This document shows positions 37,429-48,950 of a stretch of 64,000 nucleotides of DNA, piece after piece. The stretch spans positions 166,680 through 230,679 of the forward strand of contig NZ_JAILWM010000002.1 of NCBI RefSeq assembly GCF_025698945.1, read 5' to 3'. This stretch comes from Nitrosopumilus sp. GTDB lineage: Archaea > Thermoproteota > Nitrososphaeria > Nitrososphaerales > Nitrosopumilaceae. The notes beneath the pieces are model-generated. The model was not told the origin of the DNA. It made no database searches and worked only from the letters and a program-made list of their open reading frames with translations. Made by a program: the position numbers and the translations under genes. The first letter of the stretch is position 1. Each line of letters begins with the position of its first letter.

Positions 37429-37492
37429 AAATTTCAAATATTCCAAAAAATCGGACTAGTATATATAAAGGAAGTATTTAAATCCCCTCGTT

Positions 37493-38056
<564 letters not shown>

Positions 38057-38073
38057 TTAATTTTTTATATTAA

Positions 38074-38295
38074 TTGACTCAAGATTCATTTGAAAAAGAA
38101 AAAATCAAACTTACACCAGATACTGGATTTAATTTAGTTGGAATTGATTATTTTGCAGATACTGGCAATCAATTGTATTTAGTTGAACATTTTGAAATGT
38201 ATCAAGATGCACTAAATGCTAAGAAAGATAAAAAAAATCCCGATGATTATTTTGTTTTGTACAAAGACGGGGTTGGGGAATTTTACTGTAGATAA
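38074..38295 (+). CDS. Small hypothetical protein
   Basis: 73-aa ORF, GFNLVGIDYF. Confidence 0.6.
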   Translation: MTQDSFEKEKIKLTPDTGFNLVGIDYFADTGNQLYLVEHFEMYQDALNAKKDKKNPDDYFVLYKDGVGEFYCR

Positions 38296-38365
38296 TCATA
38301 AAAATAGCAAGACTGTATAATATTTTACAAACTTTCTTATCATCCAGTGATCATCTTGATAATTT

Positions 38366-38935
38366 ATGGCTGATGAAACTAAGGATTTAATCGACACATT
38401 ATACCAAAAAGACACTTTAACAAAAACTGAGCAAATATCTCAACCAATTAGAAAGAGCCCAAAGGCAAAGTATCAGATTTTCGATGAGTCTGAATTTACT
38501 AGGGGTAGAGAGGTTTTAGGGGATCTTATTGTACATGGCATGATAGCCTCAGGTGGTACCGATATTGACTGGTTAATTGAGCATAATGGTGGATTTATCA
38601 TTCTAGAATTCAAGGGGTTTCATAATGATAAGATCAATATTGCCAAAGGACAAATGATTGCCTACGAAAAACTACATGAAAAATTGAATCAATCGTCAAA
38701 ATGTTTTCTTTATGTTGTAGGATGTGACGATATTGACTTTTCTAATCCTGATTCCACAGTTTGGTTATTTGAAATGAGACAGTGGAAATCAGGAGCAATT
38801 CCTAAAAACACTATGGATATTTATGGTGAGGAATCAAATCGGCAAAATAAATTCATTGTTTATAGAGAATACATGAATGAGATCACAGTGGAGAAACTAA
38901 GAGAGGTACTAGATTCTCATTGGAAAGAATTCTAG
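38366..38935 (+). CDS. Hypothetical PD-(D/E)xK nuclease-fold protein
   Basis: TDIDWLIEHNGGFIILEFK. Confidence 0.6.
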   Translation: MADETKDLIDTLYQKDTLTKTEQISQPIRKSPKAKYQIFDESEFTRGREVLGDLIVHGMIASGGTDIDWLIEHNGGFIILEFKGFHNDKINIAKGQMIAYEKLHEKLNQSSKCFLYVVGCDDIDFSNPDSTVWLFEMRQWKSGAIPKNTMDIYGEESNRQNKFIVYREYMNEITVEKLREVLDSHWKEF

Positions 38936-38939
38936 TAAA

Positions 38940-39638
38940 TTACTTTGAAAATGAAAAGGTACTAGATTTAGTTTCTTTACCATTATCAACTTTAAGAGTA
39001 TAAGTTCCAGAGTTTTCCCATCCAGCACCACCAGCAATAGCTAATGTGGAAAATCTCCCATTACTTTTAGTAGAAACTTGTTCGGCCCAAACTAATTCAT
39101 TTTCATTATTTAGAATTGATAAATTTATAGTTCCAGAGGTATCAGAAATGCCGCTAATTGAAATTAGATCCTTTTTAGAATATGATGACAAGTCAGTTTG
39201 AACAGAAAGAGAAGTAGGTTCTGTACTAGTTGGAGTATTAACTAATGTAGGTGATGTTTCAGAAATATCACTAAATGAAATAACCAAAGCAATTATTATT
39301 ACTAATGCAACACCACCAATACCCATGTAAAGTTTGGAATTTTTTACATTAGAAGAATATTTGGGTTGGGGTTTAGTTTGATATGTTTGATTTTGTTGAA
39401 TTAATTTAATTTCAGGTAGAACAACATCAGGAATTACTGGTTTATCTTCTTGTGTAGGAGTTTTACTGATTGGTTTTTTGCCAAGATGTTTTTCTGCTAA
39501 TTGCCTTACATAATTTCTTTCATAATTACTTATGACTTCATTATTTTCACATGCTCTACAAATTTGTTTTAGAATGCGATCATCTCCAAAATCTTTGTCT
39601 AAAAGGGCCTTTACGTCATCTAACAGAGGATCATTCAT
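38940..39638 (-). CDS. Membrane protein with cytoplasmic N-terminus and extracellular Ig-like domain
   Basis: Central TM GIGGVALVIIIALVISF; C-terminal VQTDLSSY..GTYTLKV. Confidence 0.7.
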   Translation of the reverse strand: MNDPLLDDVKALLDKDFGDDRILKQICRACENNEVISNYERNYVRQLAEKHLGKKPISKTPTQEDKPVIPDVVLPEIKLIQQNQTYQTKPQPKYSSNVKNSKLYMGIGGVALVIIIALVISFSDISETSPTLVNTPTSTEPTSLSVQTDLSSYSKKDLISISGISDTSGTINLSILNNENELVWAEQVSTKSNGRFSTLAIAGGAGWENSGTYTLKVDNGKETKSSTFSFSK

Positions 39639-39742
39639 GTAAAAATCATCTCAATTTGATTATTTATGATTAGCTTGTTTAACATTTCGAATGATTTCTT
39701 TATTAAAAAAATAATATTTGAATTTTAATTGTTAATAGAGAC

Positions 39743-39928
39743 CTATTTTGAATAAATTTTTTGGGCTTGGATTATGACTGTTCTGATGTAATCTTTAGCA
39801 GTAGAATCAGAAACACCCATTTGTTTGGCTCTTTGATAAAGTTGATTCTCATGAGGATTTGTCAAATAAAACTTCAAGAGATAGTTTAGTCTGTGAGAAC
39901 GTTTTTCGTCGCTTTTCATAATTTTCAT
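39743..39928 (-). CDS. Small HTH-like protein
   Basis: LYQRAKQMGVSDSTAKDYIRTV. Confidence 0.55.
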   Translation of the reverse strand: MKIMKSDEKRSHRLNYLLKFYLTNPHENQLYQRAKQMGVSDSTAKDYIRTVIIQAQKIYSK

Positions 39929-40038
39929 TTTTTTTTACCCTAAAAAGGCAAGAGGATAATAAAATAACCAATTGGCAAATAGTATCATAAAAACGAAAAA
40001 AAAACATATGATCTTTTTTAAACAATAGTAAAAAATGA

Positions 40039-40386
40039 ATGAAAATGAAACGAATTGAGGCAACCGTACACATTGATAAAACAGGTGCTGTTTCCAATGC
40101 AATCAAGGATTTAGTTGGAGGATTTACCATTCTGGAAGGAAATGGTAGAGGTTCTGGTGAAAGACAAACTATGAGAGCAGGAAGGGGAACAGGAACTTTT
40201 ATCGCAGAATTCAACAAAGTTGCAACTGTAAGTACAATAGTGGATGACTCCCAAGTAGAAAAGGTTACAGCAGCCATTATAGATGCATCATTTACTGGTA
40301 AAGCAGGAGATGGTATTATTGTGATTTCATCAGTTGATGATGTCATTAACATTGCATCAAAAAAGAGAGGTTCTGAAGCCCTCTAA
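40039..40386 (+). CDS. glnB: Nitrogen regulatory protein P-II
   Basis: GRGSG T-loop, TGKAGDGIIVIS, RG near C-terminus. Confidence 0.92.
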   Translation: MKMKRIEATVHIDKTGAVSNAIKDLVGGFTILEGNGRGSGERQTMRAGRGTGTFIAEFNKVATVSTIVDDSQVEKVTAAIIDASFTGKAGDGIIVISSVDDVINIASKKRGSEAL

Positions 40387-40425
40387 TCATTTCTTTTATT
40401 ATAAGATAAATTATTTTATGAAGCT

Positions 40426-40481
40426 TCTGAGAGGGTCACTACTCCTCTCAGATAGGTGTCTCTTTGGGAGACGAGTTTTTT
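40426..40481 (+). ncRNA. Candidate small structured RNA (two hairpins plus U-run)
   Basis: TCTGAGAGG/CCTCTCAGA and GTCTC/GAGAC stems, TTTTTT at 40476-81, TATA-like run at 40396-40404. Confidence 0.45.
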
Positions 40482-40536
40482 GAAGGGATGGAATATCATT
40501 ACAATTTAAGTATAAAAGCAAATGATTTTGGAAAAT

Positions 40537-40776
40537 TCATTGTTGCCCTTCAATTCCCATTAGTGTAAGGGTTGAACGTATTTTTGGGATTTTTCTAATC
40601 TTCCAAGTAATTGTTTCTCTAAGGGCTTCTACCTGCCCAGATTCAACTTTGGCTAAGATATCATATGCGCCAAATGTTCCATGTACTTCCTTTACCCCTT
40701 CAATAGATTTTAGTTCAGAGATTACTGATTCTTCAGAACCTAGCTCACAGTTTATGAGAACATAAGCTGTTGCCAA
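40537..40776 (-). CDS. Stand-alone Lrp/AsnC ligand-binding domain protein (paralog of 8605-8844)
   Basis: 67/79 aa identical to the first copy by manual alignment. Confidence 0.9.
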   Translation of the reverse strand: MATAYVLINCELGSEESVISELKSIEGVKEVHGTFGAYDILAKVESGQVEALRETITWKIRKIPKIRSTLTLMGIEGQQ

Positions 40777-40915
40777 TTATGATTCAACTCCTATTTTCAT
40801 ACATAAAATGCCATGTTGAAATATATAAGAATAGTCCAATTTATTTTAAAATTCAATAGCATTTTTGATTAAAATATGAACGAATGTAAAGGTATTTTCA
40901 GAAAAATTTGAAATT

Positions 40916-41878
40916 CTAAGAGTTTGTGGAAGCACATGTCATGATTTTTTCTAGTTCTTCAATTGTTTTTGAAAAAGTAATTTTAGAGCGCAATTGAGCA
41001 CCTCCTTTCATTCCTTTGGTAAATCTCATGGCCTGACCCTTTATGTTTGCAAATTTAATTTTATAATTCATTGTTAAATGCAAATAATCAAAAAAGGAAT
41101 TCAATCTATCTTTAAAAGAATATTCCTTGTAAGATCCAGTTTTGAGATAATCGTTGATTTGTTCAAATAAAAATGGATTTCCCATTGCTCCTCGTCCTAT
41201 CATCACATAATCACAGTTTGTTTCATCAAGCATATTTTTTGCATCTTCAGGAGTAGTAATATCACCATTTCCAACTATAGGGATGTTAGAAATTTCTTTG
41301 AGCTCTTTAATTAATTTCCAATCTGCATTTCCAGAATATCCTTGACTTACAGTTCTTGGATGAAAAGTAATCATTTGAATTCCCTTGTCTTCTGCAAGTT
41401 CAGCAATTTCTCTAAAAAGAAATTTGCTAGCATCAGTAACACCTGCACGAATTTTAAGCGTAACAGGTTTTTTTACAGCATTAACAAGAGTTTCAAAAAT
41501 TTGATTAGTTAAATTGACTTCTTGTAAAAGAGCACCGCCTGCCATTTGTTGAGTAATATGAGGTGCAGGACAACCCATATTGTAATCAATTATATCAAAA
41601 AAAGGTTCTACGATTTTGGCAGCTTGTTCTAAAGCATTAAGATCAGAGCCAAATAACTGAACAGATAGAGGCCTTTCATTTTCAGAGAATTCAATGAAGT
41701 CTTGTATTGTACTCATTTTTTCTTTTAGTTGCTTTTCTTTTGCAATAATGCTATGAATGTTAGTAAACTCAGTTACAACTAATCCCGCTCCCATTTTTTT
41801 ACATTGTAATCGTAATGCAGGATCACTCACCCCAGCCATTGGAGCCAAAAATGCCCTACTAGAAAATTTTGGAAGCAT
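40916..41878 (-). CDS. dus: tRNA-dihydrouridine synthase
   Basis: LAPMAGVSD, DYNMGCP, HPRT, GNGDI, MIGRGAMGNP. Confidence 0.92.
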   Translation of the reverse strand: MLPKFSSRAFLAPMAGVSDPALRLQCKKMGAGLVVTEFTNIHSIIAKEKQLKEKMSTIQDFIEFSENERPLSVQLFGSDLNALEQAAKIVEPFFDIIDYNMGCPAPHITQQMAGGALLQEVNLTNQIFETLVNAVKKPVTLKIRAGVTDASKFLFREIAELAEDKGIQMITFHPRTVSQGYSGNADWKLIKELKEISNIPIVGNGDITTPEDAKNMLDETNCDYVMIGRGAMGNPFLFEQINDYLKTGSYKEYSFKDRLNSFFDYLHLTMNYKIKFANIKGQAMRFTKGMKGGAQLRSKITFSKTIEELEKIMTCASTNS

Positions 41879-41936
41879 AATATAAAGTCAGAATTTATGA
41901 TATATTTACTATTTTAAAATAATAGAAAAATAATAA

Positions 41937-44105
41937 TCATGGATCGGGGCAACCGTCTTCATCTCGGTCACCATCATAATCCTCAGGATCAGATGGACAC
42001 AAGTCAAGATCATTTATGATACCATCCAAATCATCATCATGGACAAATCTTTGCTGTTCTGGAGCAATATCTGGGCAGCCATCATGATCATTGTATTTAT
42101 TCCATGTTTCAGGTTGAGTAGGACACAAATCTATATTGTCATAATAGCCATCACCATCAGAGTCAATTTTTGTAGGTGTAGTTGATTGTGCTGCTAGAAC
42201 ATCTGGACAACCGTCCCAATCCAAATATCCATTAAAGTTCTCTTGTTCATCAAGACATGCATCCCATCTGTCATCTATACCATCTCCATCAGTATCTGGG
42301 AAACTATAAGATGGAATAATGGAGCCTGTTGCATCTGGACAACCGTCTTCGTCTTGATAAAAGTTGTAAGTTTCAGGTTCTAGTGGACATGCATCAGAAA
42401 TATCTGGAATTCCATCTCTGTCAGAATCTAGTATGGAGTTAAAGCTATCAGGACAACCGTCTTTGTCTTGGAATCCATTGTAAGTTTCTGGTTGATTTGG
42501 GCAGGAATCTAGATTATCAACAATACCATCACCATCTGAATCTGCTGTTGGCTTGTTATCAGCAATAGTATCTGGACAGCCATCTGTGTCTTGGAATCTA
42601 TTGTAAGTTTCTCTAGCTTTTGGACATTGATCAATATTATCAGGAATTCCATCAAAATCAGAATCACCAAATGAATCATAAGCTATAGTATCAGGACAAC
42701 CGTCTTCGTCTTGGAATTGATTATATCTTTCAGCAATAGTTGGACATTCATCAAAAATATCTGGAATTAAATCATAATCAATGTCAGATAATGCAGATTT
42801 TGAAACTCCAGGTACATCAGGGCAACCGTCTCTATCAAGATAATCATTATAGTTTTCCTTTTCATCAAGACATGCATCCCATCTGTCATCTATACCATCT
42901 CCATCAGCATCAGGAAATACGTAGGATGATACAACAGTTCCAGAAGTATCAGGACAACCATCAGCATCTTTGAAAAAGTTGTAAGTTTCAGGTTCTAAAG
43001 GACATTCATCTAAAACATTTGGAATTCCATCCATGTCAGAATCTAGTGTTGAGTTAAAGCTATCAGGACAACCGTCATCATCTAAAAATCCATTATATGT
43101 TTCTGGTTGATTGGGGCAATGATCTAGATTATCAACAATTCCATCTCCGTCAGAATCATAAGTAAAAGTATTTGTTCCAGTAGAGTCAGGGCAACCGTCA
43201 TCATCTTGGAATTTGTTGTAAGTTTCTTTAACATAAGGGCATAAGTCATATTGATTTGAAATTCCATCTCCGTCAATATCACTAGTTACTTCATATTCTA
43301 CAGTGTCAGGACAACCGTCATCATCTTGGAATTTGTTAAAATTTTCACGTTCCAATGGACATACATCACGAGAATCTGGAATACTGTCATAATCAGAATC
43401 TATCAAGGCTTCAGAAAATCCAGTAACATCGGGGCAGCCATCCCAGTCAAGAAATCCATTGTAGTTTTCAGGTGAATTCAAGCATGCATCCCATCTGTCA
43501 TCTATTCCATCGCCGTCAGTATCTGGGAATTGGTATTGAGATGTAGTAGAGTCAACAGAATCAGGACAACCGTCATCATCTTGGAATCTATTGTAAGTTT
43601 CAGGTTCTAATGGACATGCATCTAGCGTATCAGAAATGCCATCTCTATCTCTATCAGTTAAGGTTAATGCATTTTCTGGACAACCGTCCTTATCATCAAC
43701 TCCATTGAAAGTTTCTGGTTGATTTGGACACAAGTCCATATAATCAGGATAGCCATCCCCGTCAGAGTCAGCAATGTCTTTTGCCCCACCTGGAGCAATA
43801 TCAGGACAACCGTCATCATCTTGGAATTTGTTGTAAGTCTCTTTTACAGTTGGGCAATTATCAATATGATCTTGAATTCCATCATAATCCACATCATACC
43901 ATGGAACAAAATCAGCAGGACACCCATCAATGTTATTGCCATATTGAGGATCATAATCTTCTTTTAGATGAGGGCAAAAGTCCACATCATTAGGAACACC
44001 GTCACCGTCAGAGTCAATTTCAACATTAGCATATACACTGCCAGGTAGTAGCCCAATAGTAGATGTAAGTAAAAGTAGAAAACCTAAGAGAAATTGTTTT
44101 TTCAT
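41937..44105 (-). CDS. Secreted thrombospondin type 3 repeat protein, copy 1 (722 aa)
   Basis: Signal peptide then about 20 DxDGDGIxDxxDxCP..DGCPD units. Confidence 0.9.
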   Translation of the reverse strand: MKKQFLLGFLLLLTSTIGLLPGSVYANVEIDSDGDGVPNDVDFCPHLKEDYDPQYGNNIDGCPADFVPWYDVDYDGIQDHIDNCPTVKETYNKFQDDDGCPDIAPGGAKDIADSDGDGYPDYMDLCPNQPETFNGVDDKDGCPENALTLTDRDRDGISDTLDACPLEPETYNRFQDDDGCPDSVDSTTSQYQFPDTDGDGIDDRWDACLNSPENYNGFLDWDGCPDVTGFSEALIDSDYDSIPDSRDVCPLERENFNKFQDDDGCPDTVEYEVTSDIDGDGISNQYDLCPYVKETYNKFQDDDGCPDSTGTNTFTYDSDGDGIVDNLDHCPNQPETYNGFLDDDGCPDSFNSTLDSDMDGIPNVLDECPLEPETYNFFKDADGCPDTSGTVVSSYVFPDADGDGIDDRWDACLDEKENYNDYLDRDGCPDVPGVSKSALSDIDYDLIPDIFDECPTIAERYNQFQDEDGCPDTIAYDSFGDSDFDGIPDNIDQCPKARETYNRFQDTDGCPDTIADNKPTADSDGDGIVDNLDSCPNQPETYNGFQDKDGCPDSFNSILDSDRDGIPDISDACPLEPETYNFYQDEDGCPDATGSIIPSYSFPDTDGDGIDDRWDACLDEQENFNGYLDWDGCPDVLAAQSTTPTKIDSDGDGYYDNIDLCPTQPETWNKYNDHDGCPDIAPEQQRFVHDDDLDGIINDLDLCPSDPEDYDGDRDEDGCPDP

Positions 44106-44183
44106 TGTCTATGACACCGCTATTATCACGTATTTATTAAGTCTCACGTTAAATAGATTCTTCTAAATTTTGAAAAATAACAA

Positions 44184-46352
44184 TCATGGATCAGGGCAAC
44201 CGTCTTCGTCTCGGTCACCATCATAATCCTCAGGATCAGATGGACACAAATCAAGATCGTTTATGATTCCATCCAAATCATCATCATGGACAAATCTTTG
44301 CTGTTCTGGAGCAATATCAGGACAGCCATCCCAATCTAAGTATTTGTTCCATGTTTCAGGTTGAGATGGGCAAGAGTCAACTACATCTGGATATCCATCA
44401 TTGTCAGAGTCAGCATAAACTGGAATAGTAGACTCTGCTCCTGGAACATCAGGGCAACCGTCTTTGTCCAAGTAACCATTATAATTTTCTGGCTCGTTAA
44501 TGCAGGAATCCCATCTGTCTTCAATTCCATCACCGTCAGTATCTGGGAATTGGTATTGAGAAATTGTAGAGTCAACAGAGTCAGGGCAACCGTCATCATC
44601 TTGGAATTTGTTATATGTCTCAGGTTCTAATGGACATGCATCAGATACATTTGGAATTCCATCTCTGTCAGAATCAAGTTGTGTTGATAATCTATCAGGA
44701 CAGCCATCTTTGTCTTGGAATCCATTGAATGTTTCAGGTTGAGTAGGACAGAGATCTATTCTATCAGGAATTCCATCACCGTCAGTATCTGCTGATAATT
44801 TGTCATCAGCAATATAGTCTGGGCAGCCATCCCAATCTTGGAATTTATTGTATGTCTCTTTTGCAAGTGGGCATTGATCTACATCATCAAGGATACCATC
44901 ACCGTCAGAGTCACCATTGAATGGAAGAAGAACGCTATCAGGGCAACCGTCATCATCTTGGAATCCATTGTATCTTTCTGCAATAGTTGGACAATCATCT
45001 CTATCATCTGGAATTCCGTCATAGTCAGTATCAATTAATTCTAGGGAGGTAGCACCTGGAACATCAGGGCAACCGTCTTTGTCCAAATAACCATTATAAT
45101 TTTCTGGCTCGTTAATGCATGAATCCCATCTGTCTTCAATTCCATCACCGTCAGTATCTGGGAATTGGTATTGTGATACCAATGAATCAATAGTATCAGG
45201 GCAACCGTCTAAATCTTGGAATCTATTGTAAGTTTCAGGTTCTAATGGACATGCATCTAAATTATCTGGAACACCATCTCTATCTTTGTCATTGAAACCT
45301 AATGAATCAGGGCAACCGTCTTTGTCTTGGAATCCATTGAATGTTTCAGGTTGAGTAGGACACAAATCTATTCTATCAATTATTCCATCACCGTCAGTAT
45401 CTGCTGCAAATTTGTCATCAGCAATATGATCAGGGCAGCCATCCCAATCTTGGAATTTATTATATGTTTCAGGGCTAAAAGGACACAAATCGTTTTGATC
45501 TGGAATACCGTCACCGTCTGCATCACCAGTGAATTTGTACTCAATTAAATCTGGACAACCGTCATCGTCTTGGAATTTATTATAATTTTCACGCTCTAAA
45601 GGACAATCATCTCTATCATCTGGAATTCCGTCATAGTCAGTATCAATTAATTCTAGGGAGGTAGCACCTGGAACATCAGGGCAACCGTCTTTGTCCAAAT
45701 AACCATTATAATTTTCTGGCTCGTTAATGCATGAATCCCATCTGTCTTCAATTCCATCACCGTCAGTATCTGGGAATTGGTATTGAGTTGTAGTAGAGTC
45801 AACAGAATCAGGACAACCGTCATCATCTTGGAATCTATTGTAAGTTTCAGGTTCTAATGGACATGCATCTAAAGGATCAGAAATGCCATCTCTGTCTGAA
45901 TCTTTTAGACTCAATGCATTTTCAGGACAACCGTCCTTATCATCAACTCCATTGAAAGTTTCTGGTTGATTAGGACACAAGTCCATATAATCAGGATAGC
46001 CATCTCCGTCAGAGTCAGCAATGTCTTTTGCCCCACTTGGAGCAATGTCAGGACAACCGTCATCATCTTGGAATTTATTGTAAGTCTCTTTTACAGTTGG
46101 GCAATTATCAATATGATCTTCTACTCCATCAAAATCAGCATCATACCATGGAACAAAATCAGCAGGACACCCATCAATGTTATTGCCATATTGAGGATCA
46201 TAATCTTCTTTTAGATGAGGACATTGATCGATATCATTAGGAACACCGTCACCGTCAGAGTCAATTGCTTGATTAGCAAAGGCACCTCCAGGAAACATTC
46301 CTATTGTAGATGTAAGTAAAATCAAAAATCCTAAAAGAAGTTGTTTATTCAT
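44184..46352 (-). CDS. Secreted thrombospondin type 3 repeat protein, copy 2 (722 aa)
   Basis: Same architecture and length as copy 1; identical last about 40 aa. Confidence 0.9.
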   Translation of the reverse strand: MNKQLLLGFLILLTSTIGMFPGGAFANQAIDSDGDGVPNDIDQCPHLKEDYDPQYGNNIDGCPADFVPWYDADFDGVEDHIDNCPTVKETYNKFQDDDGCPDIAPSGAKDIADSDGDGYPDYMDLCPNQPETFNGVDDKDGCPENALSLKDSDRDGISDPLDACPLEPETYNRFQDDDGCPDSVDSTTTQYQFPDTDGDGIEDRWDSCINEPENYNGYLDKDGCPDVPGATSLELIDTDYDGIPDDRDDCPLERENYNKFQDDDGCPDLIEYKFTGDADGDGIPDQNDLCPFSPETYNKFQDWDGCPDHIADDKFAADTDGDGIIDRIDLCPTQPETFNGFQDKDGCPDSLGFNDKDRDGVPDNLDACPLEPETYNRFQDLDGCPDTIDSLVSQYQFPDTDGDGIEDRWDSCINEPENYNGYLDKDGCPDVPGATSLELIDTDYDGIPDDRDDCPTIAERYNGFQDDDGCPDSVLLPFNGDSDGDGILDDVDQCPLAKETYNKFQDWDGCPDYIADDKLSADTDGDGIPDRIDLCPTQPETFNGFQDKDGCPDRLSTQLDSDRDGIPNVSDACPLEPETYNKFQDDDGCPDSVDSTISQYQFPDTDGDGIEDRWDSCINEPENYNGYLDKDGCPDVPGAESTIPVYADSDNDGYPDVVDSCPSQPETWNKYLDWDGCPDIAPEQQRFVHDDDLDGIINDLDLCPSDPEDYDGDRDEDGCPDP
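44989..45785. repeat. 185-bp exact internal repeat in TSP3 copy 2 (44989-45173 = 45601-45785), period 612 bp
   Basis: Direct comparison; a third near-identical partial copy at about 44440-44560. Confidence 0.85.
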
Positions 46353-46364
46353 TTCCAGATACTC

Positions 46365-48812
46365 CTATTGTCCAGGTGCTGTGTCGGGACAACCATCTGA
46401 ATCTTGATAATTATTGTAAGTCTCAGGCTCTAGTGGACATAGATCATATTCATTGATAATATCATCTAAGTCAGCATCATGTTTGTATCTTGATTGCTCT
46501 GGAGATATATCAGGACAACCATCTGAATCAGAATATTTGTTCCAAGTTTCTTTTTCATTTGGACACAAGTCATTATCATCAAATATTCCATCGCCATCAG
46601 TATCAACTCTTAGATTTCCTGTAGGTACTGTATCAGAACAACCGTCATAATCTGCAAATCGATTCCATGTTTCGTTTTGGGTAGGACACATATCCATTAC
46701 ATCTGGAACACCGTCACCGTCAGAGTCAGGTTGTGTATCATCAACATCAGGGCAACCGTCTTCATCTTGGAATCCATTATAGTTTTCAGCAACTAGTGGA
46801 CAATCATCATCAATATCATTAATTCCGTCATTATCTGAATCAATCACAAATGATGTTGTAATGGTATCGGGACAACCATCATCATCTTGGAATCTATTGT
46901 AAGTCTCTTTTACAGTTGGACATGCATCTATTGCATCAGGAATTCCATCTCTATCACGGTCATTAGATGGAATATAACTATCAGGACAGCCGTCTCTATC
47001 TAGAATTCCATTGAATGTTTCTGGTTGATTTGGACAGTGATCATTATAATCATTAATTCCATCACCATCTGAATCTGGCATTCCTTTGTTATCTGCTATA
47101 TTATCAGGACATCCATCCAAGTCTTGGAATTTATTATAAGTTTCAGGTGAATTTGGGCATTGATCAGTTTTATCAGGAATTCCATCATAGTCTGAATCTA
47201 AACTAGTTACATAATCTGGATAATCTGGGCAACCATCATCATCTTCGAATCCATTATATCTTTCTCTCTCAAGTGGACATTGATCTACTCCATCTAAAAT
47301 ACCATCAAAGTCAGAATCAAATTCAGATGGATTGTCTGGGCAACCGTCTTGATCTTGATATCTATTCCATGTTTCAGCTTCAGTTGGACATTGATCTAAT
47401 TCATCTCGAATACCATCACCGTCAGAATCTAAAACTGCAAGATCTGGACAACCGTCTTGATCTTGATATCCATTAACTGTTTCTGGTTCAAGAGGGCATT
47501 TATCATTCAAATCAATTATTCCATCACCATCAAAGTCGGCATTAGATAATCCAGAGACACCGTCTGGACAGCCGTCATCATCTTGGAATCCATTATAAGT
47601 TTCAGGGTTAAGTGGACATTTATCTAATTCATCAGGAACACCATCTCTATCTCTATCTTGAGTGGATGCAGAATCTGGACAGCCGTCTCTATCAAAAATG
47701 CCATTGAAAGTTTCTGGTTGATTTGGACATAAATCTGCAAAATCATTTATTCCGTCTCCATCAGTATCAGGAATTCCTTTATCACTTGTTACAAAGTCAG
47801 GACAACCGTCTTGATCTTGGAATCTATTGTAAGTTTCTTTTACTTGTGGACATTGATCAATACTGTTTGGAATTCCATCTAGGTCTGAATCAACATCACT
47901 TGAATATGGAGGAATATCAGGACAGCCGTCATCATCTTGGAATCCATTATATCTTTCTGGTTCAAGTGGACATACATCATTAACATCTTTAATTCTGTCA
48001 CCATCAGTATCATCTAGTACTCCATCAAAAGAAGGAGCTGAATCAGGACAACCGTCATAATCTGCGAATCTATTGAAAGTTTCTGGTTCATTTGGACAAA
48101 TATCAAATTTGTCATCAATACCATCACCATCTTTATCATTAAATGTAGTATCTAAAACGACATCAGGACAGCCGTCTGTATCCCTATAACCATTAAACAC
48201 TTCGGGTTCATTTGGACATAAATCAATTTTATCTTGTAAACCATCATTATCTGAATCAATAAAAGAAGAATCTGTTGCATTATCAGGACAGCCGTCTTGA
48301 TCTTGGAATCTATTGTAAGTCTCAGCACTTAGAGGACATTTGTCTAAGTTATCTGGAACTCCATCTCTATCTCTATCACCGGCACCAAAAGTATCAGGAC
48401 AACCATCAGTGTCTAAAATACCATTGAATGTTTCTGGTTGATTTGGACAATTATCTACCAAGTCAACTATACCATCACCGTCAGAATCAGGCAATCCACC
48501 TTTTCCACCAGATGGAGATAAATCAGGACAACCATCCTCATCTTGGAACTTATTGTAACGCTCTTTAAGATTTGGGCATTGATCTAAATGATCTGGAATT
48601 CCATCAAAGTCCTCATCATACCATGGAACAAAATTTGATGGGCATCCATCTATTGCACTCTCATAATCTTCTTGAAGATTTGGACATAAGTCAATTGAAT
48701 CATCAACGCCATCTCGATCCAAGTCAATTTCAGCAAAAGCTGGACTTAGAGGAATGCTGGTTAAAGTAGTAACAAGCAAGACTAGAAATGGTAAAATATG
48801 TATTTTTTTCAA
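46365..48812 (-). CDS. Secreted thrombospondin type 3 repeat protein, copy 3 (815 aa)
   Basis: Signal peptide plus TSP3 units, more diverged than copies 1 and 2. Confidence 0.9.
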   Translation of the reverse strand: MKKIHILPFLVLLVTTLTSIPLSPAFAEIDLDRDGVDDSIDLCPNLQEDYESAIDGCPSNFVPWYDEDFDGIPDHLDQCPNLKERYNKFQDEDGCPDLSPSGGKGGLPDSDGDGIVDLVDNCPNQPETFNGILDTDGCPDTFGAGDRDRDGVPDNLDKCPLSAETYNRFQDQDGCPDNATDSSFIDSDNDGLQDKIDLCPNEPEVFNGYRDTDGCPDVVLDTTFNDKDGDGIDDKFDICPNEPETFNRFADYDGCPDSAPSFDGVLDDTDGDRIKDVNDVCPLEPERYNGFQDDDGCPDIPPYSSDVDSDLDGIPNSIDQCPQVKETYNRFQDQDGCPDFVTSDKGIPDTDGDGINDFADLCPNQPETFNGIFDRDGCPDSASTQDRDRDGVPDELDKCPLNPETYNGFQDDDGCPDGVSGLSNADFDGDGIIDLNDKCPLEPETVNGYQDQDGCPDLAVLDSDGDGIRDELDQCPTEAETWNRYQDQDGCPDNPSEFDSDFDGILDGVDQCPLERERYNGFEDDDGCPDYPDYVTSLDSDYDGIPDKTDQCPNSPETYNKFQDLDGCPDNIADNKGMPDSDGDGINDYNDHCPNQPETFNGILDRDGCPDSYIPSNDRDRDGIPDAIDACPTVKETYNRFQDDDGCPDTITTSFVIDSDNDGINDIDDDCPLVAENYNGFQDEDGCPDVDDTQPDSDGDGVPDVMDMCPTQNETWNRFADYDGCSDTVPTGNLRVDTDGDGIFDDNDLCPNEKETWNKYSDSDGCPDISPEQSRYKHDADLDDIINEYDLCPLEPETYNNYQDSDGCPDTAPGQ

Positions 48813-48950
48813 TGCCTAAAAATACGTCGAGGATCCAGTTATTAAACCTCACTCTAGAATCAGCTAAAAATCTTTGAAGATTTAGTAAAAAATTCCATGA
48901 TGGACAAAAATCTCGATCAATTTAAGTAAATGAGATCAAGATTTGAACAT

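Noticed and set aside
39849-40352. 167-aa minus-strand ORF
   Set aside because: Antisense to the clear P-II gene; no recognisable motif
42740-48769. Many 65-90 aa ORFs on other frames within the TSP3 genes
   Set aside because: Products of repetitive codon structure
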